DNA of 64,000 nucleotides from Octopus vulgaris (Eukaryota): NCBI GenBank assembly GCA_951406725.2, contig OX597839.1, positions 34,844,001 to 34,908,000 of the forward strand, read 5' to 3'. Shown piece by piece: positions 55,392 to 64,000 of this stretch (position 1 is its first letter; each line of letters starts with the position of its first letter). The notes under the pieces were generated by a model. It saw only the letters and a program-made list of their open reading frames with translations, ran no database searches and was not told where the DNA came from. The position numbers and the translations under genes were made by a program.

Positions 55392-55615
55392 GCAAGAATT
55401 GGCTGTTGAAAGTTATTTCTCCTGAAGAACAAGAACGAAATTTCTCCGTAGAAATAATCCAAGACACGTCTTCTTTCACTGAAGATTTGATGTGGAAATA
55501 TTTCTCTTCATATGGATATATGTATATCCAGTATTTTTCCTTGAAGAGTTATGGAAACGGAGAAATCACAGATATAAATCTCCATTTTCATAATAAATCT
55601 CTGAGAATCAATGAA
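55392..55615 (+). CDS. Exon 8 (GKNWLLKVISPEE...GEITDINLHFHNKSLRINE)
   Basis: TTTTATTTCAG acceptor, GAA|GTAAAT donor, phase 1 to 0. Confidence 0.78.
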
Positions 55616-55866
55616 GTAAATATATTTTCTTAACCTACTTTAACCCTTCAGCATTTAAAACGGCCCTATCATATCCAGCCCCTATATTCTCCTTGTTTTA
55701 TGTTCAAACCAGCCATATCTGACCTCTCACACCTACCCTACAATCTCATTCTAACAATAAACATCCTTGAAATCTTGAAGCTATGGTCTAAAGCATGATT
55801 ATTTCAAAACAATGTGAATCAATAGGCATTACATTTGACCGAGAAACCTGAATGTTTGAGAGAAAA

Positions 55867-57045
55867 CATGTAGAGATGTTAGGGAGTCAGGCTACATGTA
55901 GAGATGTTAGAGAGTCAGGCTACATGTAGAGATGTTAGGGAGTCAGGCTACGTGTAGAGATGTTAGGGAGTCAGGCTACATGTAGAGATGTTAGGGAGTC
56001 AGGCTAAATGTAGAGATGTTAGGGAGTCAGGCTACATGTAGGGATGTTAGGGAGTCAGGCTACGTGTAGAGATGTTAGGGAGTCAGGATACGTGTAGAGA
56101 TGTTAGGGAGTCAGGCTACGTGTAGAGATGTTAGGGAGTCAGGCTACATGTAGAGATATTAGGGAGTCAGGCTACATGTAAAGATGTTAGGGAGTCAGGC
56201 TACATGTAGAGATGTTAGGGAGTCAGGCTACATGTAGAGATATTAGGGAGTCAGGCTACATGTAAAGATGTTAGGGAGTCAGGATACGTGTAGAGATGTT
56301 AGGGAGTCAGGCTACATGTAGAGATATTAGGGAGTCAGGCTACATGTAAAGATGTTAGGGAGTCAGGATACGTGTAGAGATGTTAGGGAGTCAGGCTGCA
56401 TGTAGAGATGTTAGGGAGTCAGACTAGGTGTAGAGATGTTAGGGAGTCAGGCTACGTGTTGAGATGTTAGGGAGTCAGGCTACATGTAGAGATGTTAAGG
56501 AGTCAGGCTACATGTAGAGATGTTAGGGAGTCAGGCTACATGTAGAGATGTTAGGGAGTCAGGCTACATGTAGAGATGTTAGAGAGTCCGGCTACATGTA
56601 GAGATGTTAGGGAGTCAGGCTACGTGTAGAGATGTTAGGAAGTCAGGTTACGTGTAGAGATGTTAGGGAGTCAGGCTACGTGTAGAGATGTTAGGGAGTC
56701 AGACTACATGTAGAGATCTTGGGGAGTCAGGCTACGTGTAGAGATGTTAGGGAGTCAGGCTACATGTAGAGATGTTAGGGAGTCAGGCTACATGTAGAGA
56801 TGTTAGGGAGTCAGGCTACATGTAGAGATGTTAGGGAGTCAGACTACGTGTAGAGATGTTAGGGAGTCAGGCTACATGTAGAGATGTTAGGGAGTCAGAC
56901 TACATGTAGATATGTTAGGGAGTCAGGCTACATGTAGAGATGTTAGGGAGTCAGGATACGTGTAGAGATGTTAGGGAGTCAGGCTACGTGTAGAGATTTT
57001 AGGGAGTCAGGCTACATGTAGAGATGTTAGGGAGTCAGGCTACGT
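55867..57045. repeat. 28-bp minisatellite, about 42 copies (ACATGTAGAGATGTTAGGGAGTCAGGCT)
   Basis: Head-to-tail units with point variants and no spacers; each unit contains TTAGGG. Confidence 0.97.
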
Positions 57046-57777
57046 ATTTTATGGAAGTGAATTTCATACTTCAAAATGACTGGGTTCACACTTTCTGTGG
57101 GGGTCAACTTTACTTCATGTTCTCTTCTGAAACATACTTATAATGAGGGATAGCCCTGGGTCTGACCCTCCCCCACTACCATCCTCACTACACAACCCAC
57201 CCTCTCACCTCTCAACTCTGTCTCCTCTTTTTCTCAACCCTGTTGCTAATCCACTGCCACCACCACGGTGATGGCACTGGTGATGACGATGTTGCTGATC
57301 ATGATGATGATATTTGCGGCAGTGTTACATTTTACAGTGACAAGCAGTGGGAGCAGTGTGTAATTGCTGACCGTTCTCTTCATCCGCAGGACTAACTCCA
57401 TATCCATATCGTCAGTGGAGAATGTTAAGTCACTCTCTTAATTAAGATCAAAGATGCTAATAACCCGTTGAGGGATATTTCTGGTTCGGAGAAAAGGCAA
57501 GCAGTAGAATCTCTTTATCAAACTTGTGAGATATAAATATTATTGATCGATTGATCTATTGTCTGATTGATTGACTTGAGATAAGATTTGAAGGAAGAAG
57601 GAATTTAATGCTTCCCCTGCCGGCACCCCCCCCCCCACTTCCAGCAAAGAACATTGACACAAACAGAAAGTGCTAAGGACAAACGACACCAACCCCTTGA
57701 CAAGGAACCGAGGCAACTCATAATCAGAGCTCAAACAGCTGAGGTATCTTAACGATATTTCAAATCTATTATTTCAG

Positions 57778-57877
57778 ATAAGTCTGATCAGCAATTACAC
57801 AGAGTATAAATTCAAAAGAAATGAAGAAAGCAGTACTCACAATTCCTCGGTGGCAGGATTCTCTCGAATAACAAAAG
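57778..57877 (+). CDS. Exon 9 (ISLISNYTEYKFKRNEESSTHNSSVAGFSRITK)
   Basis: TATTTCAG acceptor, AAG|GTATTT donor, phase 0 to 1; matches the pattern of exons 3, 5 and 7. Confidence 0.72.
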
Positions 57878-58715
57878 GTATTTGGTGTATCTGAACTTGT
57901 CTCATTCAACCCTTTTCTTACCATATTTCTGTTGCAATACTCTGTCTTTGTTGCAATTAGTTTTGAAAAAATAGGAAGAATTTAGTAAAATAGCTTTGCC
58001 ATTATCAAGATGGGGTTTGGGGAAAAAAGGAACATATAGGCGCAGGAGTGGCTGTGTGGTAAGTAGCTTGCTAATCAACCACATGGTTCCGGGTTCAGTC
58101 CCACTGCGTGGCAACTTCGGCAGGTGTCTTCTGCTATAGCCCCGGGCCGACCAATGCCTTGTGAGTGGATTTGGTAGACGGAAACTGAAAGAAGCCTGTC
58201 GTATATATGTATATATATATAAGTGTGTGTGTATATGTTTGTGTGTCTGTGTTTGTCCCCTTAGCATTGCTTGACAACCGATGCTGGTGTGTTTACGTCC
58301 CCGTCACTTAGCGGTTCGGCAAAATAGACCGATAGAATAAGTACTGGGCTTACAAAGAATAAGTCCCGGGGTCGAGTTGCTCGACTAAAGGCGGTGCTCC
58401 AGCATGGCCGCAGTCAAATGACTGAAACAAGTAAAAGAGTAAACGAGTATGAAATTTGGATGGAAGGTTTTAAGTGATGACCATTCACTTTAAACAGGAT
58501 ATTTGTATCATAGAAGGAAGGGCAGTGTTGAACAGGTTAGCATGAAAAGGGTTAAATGTTTTGTATTTGGTGTCTCAAGTGTTGATGACCATTTCTCGTC
58601 CATTTACAACCCTTCCCTTGCTCCAACCATCAGGTCCATCAAGGGTAGCACGAGTTTCATCCATAAACAAAACTGTTGAAAAGCCCAACTTCTTGTTATC
58701 TTCTGCCCATTTCAG

Positions 58716-58766
58716 ATGATTTTGTGTGTGTATTGTGTTCAAAGGAACGATATCACTGGTTTACCT
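58716..58766 (+). CDS. Probable exon 10 start (DDFVCVLCSKERYHWFT), cut by gap
   Basis: CCCATTTCAG acceptor; the phase-1 frame is open up to the N run. Confidence 0.55.
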
Positions 58767-58866
58767 NNNNNNNNNNNNNNNNNNNNNNNNNNNNNNNNNN
58801 NNNNNNNNNNNNNNNNNNNNNNNNNNNNNNNNNNNNNNNNNNNNNNNNNNNNNNNNNNNNNNNNNN
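58767..58866. other. Assembly gap (100 N, true size unknown)
   Basis: N run; the right flank begins GACGAAAGATCGCC, the terminus of the 6841-7263 MITE family. Confidence 0.99.
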
Positions 58867-60443
58867 GACGAAAGATCGCCATCCATTTTTCTGAATGTTA
58901 CGAGAGAACAAAGTCGGTGGAGGAGGTGGGTAACATGTAGTAGTTATATATTTTTCTTTTTCTTTTTTATTACCCACAAGGGGCTAAACATAGAGGGGAC
59001 AAACAAAGACAGACAAAGGGATTAAGTCGATTACATCGACCTCAGTGCGTAACTGGTATTTAATTAATCGACCCCGAAAGGATGAAAGGCAAAGTCGACC
59101 TCGGCGGGATTTGAACTCAGAACGCAACGGCAGACGAAATACGGCTACGCATTTCGCCCGGCGTGCTAACGGTTCTGCCAGCTCGCCGCGTGCAGTGGCA
59201 CCTTGGGCAAGTGTCTTTTGTTATGAGCCTCGGGCCAACCAAAGCCTTGTGAGTGGATTTGATTGACGGAAACCGAAAGAAGTCCGTCGTATGAAATACG
59301 TGCGTTTTTGTGTCTGTGATTGTACTCCAACACTGCTTGGCAACCGGTGTTGGGTGTGTTTGACAAAAGACACCGACAGACTAAGTACCGAGGTTAATAA
59401 AAAAAAACAAGAAGAACTGAACAAGTGAAGGATGTGGAGATAATGTGTGTCTGTGTGTCCGGATACATGTGGATGGATGGATGGATGGACGGACAAATAG
59501 ATAGATAACGAAAGAGAAAGAGACAAAGGAAGATGCACTGGGACGAGAATTATATCGATTTCGTATGTGAATAAATAGAAAACCGGGTTATGTTTTATCT
59601 CCATTCCGTCTGATGACACACAAAACTCGATTGCAACAGTTTCTTGTCAGCATTGCACCATCACCATCACCATCATCATCATCATCTTCGTCATGACAGA
59701 TCATTCATGGATGTCGTATTATTTAGACGCTGTCAACTTAATATAAACAATTTCAAAGAAGACATCAGTCACATTTATGTGTCATATTTATTATCGTTTA
59801 CTCATCCCTATATTTATATATATATTATAAGTTACGTTTGTTTCGTTAATTCTAATCTTCATTTACCCCGCGCTATCTCTGACCGTATCTTCCTTCTTTC
59901 TATCTATCTATGTTTTAGTCTATCTATCACTATTAATATATCTATTATCGTTGTCATAATCCCTCTTTAATCGCTTTCCCATCTCCATTCATTCATTCAT
60001 TCATCTAACCTATTCCTAATCTTGCATCATCGTATGTTTTATCCGCTTCAAATTATTCGTCCGTCTCTCCGTCTATTTCGGTATATCACCGGCATGTTTC
60101 ATATATTTCCCTCTCTATCTTTTACTTTATCCATTTATTACTCCTTTCTTTTCATTCTGTCACTTCCTCTTCATTTCATCTCCACCCTTCTTCGTATACT
60201 TCCAGGTTCTTACTCATAATAATTTCCTCGTTAATTTCTTCCCTTACGTCGTATTATTACCCAGTTACGGTGCTTTGCCATTGTTCTGGTAGTTTTTCCT
60301 CTTTTTTTTGGTTTAATTATTTTTCTGTATTATTTTACATTGAAAAAAGAAAGAAGAAAAACGCGTTAATCAGGGAGAACAGATAGAAAGAAAAGTCTGG
60401 AATAATGAATTTTTTCGTGTGTGCCTTTCTTTATTCCATTCAG

Positions 60444-60842
60444 TTATTTGAACCTTATCCTCTGGGCAGCATCTTGCGCTTTAACCGAGGAAGCTACGAC
60501 CATTATGCAATTTATGCCGGTTTAGGCTCTGTAATTCATTACAGCGGAGAAGCGGACGTGAAGACACAATATGATGCAAAGGTCCGTCTCGAGAGTTTGA
60601 GTGCAGTGGCGGCGGGCAGCCCTGTGGCGGTGGCCAACATCCACGACGAAGAGACCCAACCTTTCGGCGGGTGTGACATCGTGAGAAGGGCTCAGTCGAG
60701 GATCGGCGAATACAAATACAGTTTGTGGAGCAACAATTGTGAACATTTCGTTAATTGGTGCCGATATGGCAAACATTTTAGTTCACAAGTGAACGACAAA
60801 CTTAGATCGGCCACCAGGTATGTACTGAGAACTGACTTGTAG
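60444..60842 (+). CDS. LRAT-domain protein of the PLAAT/HRASLS family (permuted NlpC/P60 phospholipase A/acyltransferase); probably an internal exon 60444-60817, or an ORF from 60405
   Basis: YDHYAIYAG.G.VIH and Y.LWSNNCEHFVNWCRYG.S.QV give an intact His-His-Cys triad. Pyrimidine tract plus CAG at 60441-3; possible donor AG|GTATGT at 60818. Confidence 0.92.
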   Translation, partial: LFEPYPLGSILRFNRGSYDHYAIYAGLGSVIHYSGEADVKTQYDAKVRLESLSAVAAGSPVAVANIHDEETQPFGGCDIVRRAQSRIGEYKYSLWSNNCEHFVNWCRYGKHFSSQVNDKLRSATRYVLRTDL

Positions 60843-61085
60843 TTATGAAGTTGAAAAGAGAAAAAAAAGGTTGTTTTTTAAAGAACTAGCAAAACTCCAC
60901 ATCAATTTTGGAAGGTTTGACTTCTCACAGAACCGAATCACCAATCACCTCATCATACTTTCTCGAAGAGGCAAACTGAGAACCATCAATTTTACTTATA
61001 CATACATACAAACAAACAAACACATACACACATGTGTGCATGCATATATTCTCTCTTTATTATTTCTGTTTATTTCTTCGCGTTC

Positions 61086-61120
61086 CTTTCTGTTAAAGAG
61101 CGTAGGCTCGAAACGTAAAG
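61086..61120 (+). ncRNA. Decayed A6U hammerhead-like motif (family of 14268)
   Basis: CUUU-CUGUUAA-A-GAGC(GUAG)GCUC-GAAA-C-GUA-AAG; element flanked by TA repeat. Confidence 0.4.
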
Positions 61121-61192
61121 ACTTTCTCACTTTCCCGAGCGTCAAACTACTAGACACCTGCTGTCTTCGTCTTTTGTTTTTCTGTAACTTTC

Positions 61193-61272
<80 letters not shown>

Positions 61273-62029
61273 CATACACTCACATGCTCAACCCCACCGT
61301 CAAATTAACATAAACTACTTTTTATAAACTTTATATCACGTTGCTGCGTCTACGTTATATATATGTTTGTATGTCTGTATGTATGTATAATGTATACACA
61401 CATATTCAAACATTACACCCAGGTTGCCTGGTGTTTATATATATATATATGTGTGTATGTATGTATGTATAATTCACTTGTGGGGTTAAAAAACAATCTC
61501 TTCTAAATCCAAACGAACAATTCTGGAATGGAATTCCTTAAACAAACCCTTCTTAAAGGTCACCGATGTGCGACCACAGCACGGTTGGTGGTATTTTTAC
61601 TTCTTCTTTTCTCTCCTTAAATTTACCATTGCTGTTTCAGTGAGAGTTGATTGAATATTTGAACAATAAGTCTTCAAATGAATTTAAGGAAGAAAAATAT
61701 TCATTATCCATTATTCATCGTGTAAACAAGAATAACAAGAACGTTGTTGGTGTTTTTCTCACCGAAACCGCCCCAGTAATTCGATGTGTGTTTAATTAAT
61801 GTCACTTGTATGTTGATTGCTGATTGCGATATTAATTGCCTGATACATTTGTAAGGAATATTAAAAATTGCTTTCATTAAAAAAAAAACAACAACTAAAA
61901 CTGATAAAAAAAAACATGAAGTATAGACTTTTAATCAAGGACCGCCGAAAATTCCTAAAAGTTGTTGAGGTTAGCAATTAATACATGTTCCCTTCCAAAA
62001 TGCCTACGATCTCAGATAATAAAATTATA

Positions 62030-62200
62030 GGCGATCCTTCGGTATAGGTACACACGTGATTGTTTACATTTCTGAAGGTAACAGAAACCCTTTTCTCCCA
62101 CCCCTAATCCTAACCCTAACACAAACCCTGACCCTAACGCCCCCATATATAAAAAAACACTTTCTTGAAATATATCCGGTACTTATACCGAAGTTACGCC
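62030..62200. mobile_element. GG-terminal MITE with internal CCCTAA repeats and near-perfect 8-bp TSD
   Basis: GGCGATCCTTCGGTATAGGTAC / GTACTTATACCGAAGTTACGCC; flanks AAATTATA and AAACTATA. Confidence 0.75.
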
Positions 62201-62436
62201 AAACTATATTTTTTATGATTTAAAAAAAGAAAAATGTCGATAATTAAACGTGAAAAGAAGACTTGTGTTAATCTGTGATTTCTTTAAAACAATAGATGTT
62301 GATTATTATTGTTGTGCTGTGAGAATAATGAATGTTGATTTTGTGTGTATGCGTGTGTGTAAAATACACGCATTGCCTGGTCACTTAAAGTCGCAAATCG
62401 CCGCGCCCATGTGAAAATGAGATGCGTGTATGCACA

Positions 62437-62486
<50 letters not shown>

Positions 62487-62995
62487 CTAGCAGTATCGCC
62501 CGGCGTTGCTCGGGTTTGTAAGGGAAATAACTATATAAGCATTTTTAGAGAGTTACTTCCCTTATAAATTCGGGCTTTCTTAGCCATTTTTGTTTTGGTG
62601 TCTTCAAGCCATGAAGTCGTTGTTCTAAAAGAACGCTGGTCTCCTTCACAACGCATTACGACGTTGATTTCCTTAAACTCCCTTCCCCACAGCTTCACGA
62701 GGGAGGGAAGAAGGGGGAGAAGCAAACAGGTGCAGCTGTGAGCGTGGACGCCAACTCCGCCGCCATCGACACACGATGCATTTTATGCATTAAAATGGAA
62801 TAAAAAATGATGTTAAATTATTTTTAAAATCGTAGACTCATCGTTGACGCGCGCTAATAGTCAGACGGGCTCGATATGAATCACGACTATAAGATACCCG
62901 AATTTGGTTAAACTGCACCGCAAAATGTGGGAGGAGTTAGGAATCTAAATCGAAGGGGACAGACACTCACACAACTACAGTTTTATATATATAGA
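62487..62995 (-). mobile_element. Full non-autonomous Helitron
   Basis: Minus strand TC...hairpin CCCGAGCAACGCCGGG...CTAG, between A and T. Confidence 0.88.
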
Positions 62996-63065
62996 TATAC
63001 AGAGAGAGAGAGAGTGGTTGTATACTGTCAACTTAACGTGACGTCAGCTAGCAGGCTTCTGCTAC

Positions 63066-63112
63066 TCTAGACCGATGATGGGCAAAGACCCTGAAACATG
63101 CGTGTCTCTAGA
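63066..63112 (+). ncRNA. Type I hammerhead motif with U4C substitution
   Basis: UCUAGA-CCGAUGA-UGGG(CAAAGA)CCCU-GAAA-CAUGCGUG-UC-UCUAGA. Confidence 0.6.
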
Positions 63113-63159
63113 TGCAGGCCTAGCTGTTGGGGGTGTTTGTCTCCCCTTCGTAAATATAT

Positions 63160-63547
63160 GGAAATGGAAGCACTCCGTCAGTTACAAAGACGAGGATTCC
63201 GGTTTATCCGAATCAACGGAACAGCCTGCTCGTGAAATTAACGTGTAAGTGGCTGAGCACTCCACAGACACGTGTACCCTTAACGTAGTTCTCGGGGATA
63301 TTCAGCGTGACACAGAGAGTGACAAGGCGGCCCTTTGAAATACAGGTACAACAGAAACAGGAAGTAAGAGTGAGAGAAAGTTGTGGTGAAAGAGTACAGC
63401 AGGGATCACCACCACCCCATGCCGGAGCCTCGTGGAGCTTTTAGGTGTTTTCGCTCAATAAACACTCACAACGCCCGGTCTGGGAATCGAAACCGCAATC
63501 CTACGACCGCGAGTCCACTGCCCTAACCACTGGGCCATTGCGCCTCC
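63160..63547 (-). mobile_element. tRNA-Arg-derived SINE, tail type B, 11-bp TSD
   Basis: CGTAAATATAT at 63149-63159 and 63548-63558. Confidence 0.9.
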
Positions 63548-63816
63548 CGTAAATATATAAGGATACAGGAAATGTGTCGAAGCCGACAGGAAGCGTCGAT
63601 GCTTCCTAGGGCTAAACAGCGGTGTTGTAATCCCCTACTGTCATGTTAAATTGACAGTATACAACCATTCTATCGCCCAACCACCGTACATATCTCTATG
63701 AGATATTTAGAAATTTAATATTTCTGATATATATATATAAAACATAAATAATATTAGGGTAATAAGAATTATAGAATTTGTTATTACCAGTGGCCTAGCA
63801 CAAAAAAAAATTAGTC

Positions 63817-64000
63817 GGATCTTTTCGGCTTGAATGGCAGATTTTATCTAGCGGTGTCATATGAAATTGTTACCCATAATTATGACCCTAGTATCGATCT
63901 ATTGCATTTCAATCTGTTTTAGGGGAAGAGTATCTTTTTTTCTTCACAAATGTAAATAAACCCAATCTGTTTCTTAAACGAGGGACATATTCATTCGGCA
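63817..64000 (+). mobile_element. Monomer form of the GGATC-terminal MITE (runs off the window)
   Basis: TIR GGATCTTTTCGGCTTGAATGGCAG followed directly by sequence matching 1390-1580. Confidence 0.8.

Noticed and set aside
55867-57045. CRISPR-like array
   Set aside because: Units are contiguous with no unique spacers, there are no cas genes, and the context is eukaryotic.
58867-58925. Exon RKIAIHFSECYERTKSVEE with a phase-0 donor joining the LRAT exon
   Set aside because: The first 14 nt (GACGAAAGATCGCC) match the TIR end of the 6841-7263 MITE family, so coding status is unsupported.

Overview
AT-rich, repeat-dense eukaryotic DNA, most likely a coleoid cephalopod (Octopus-like). This is inferred from the tRNA-derived SINE families and the abundant (TA)n/(CA)n microsatellites. 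Most ORFs in the supplied track are microsatellite or SINE artefacts. Three things stand out. (1) A hidden 10-exon + strand gene (28657 to at least 58766, about 444 codons, all introns GT-AG and phase-consistent) encodes a signal peptide and four tandem, glycosylated, PLAT/LH2-like beta-domains, and runs into an assembly gap. (2) An LRAT/PLAAT-family (permuted NlpC/P60) exon lies just beyond the gap. (3) About 17 type I hammerhead-ribozyme (HHR) motifs occur in roughly a dozen different short elements, mostly beside (TA)n tracts. One sits at the 3' end of a recognisable Penelope-like element, several lie sense in introns of the host gene, and two copies of one family carry a swapped G3:C8 catalytic core. 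The rest is SINEs, RTE/Tx1/Penelope fragments, Tc1/mariner relics, Helitrons, GG-terminal foldback MITEs with internal telomere-like repeats, TTAA MITEs, local duplications and a 28-bp minisatellite. All calls were made by eye; no search or folding program was run.
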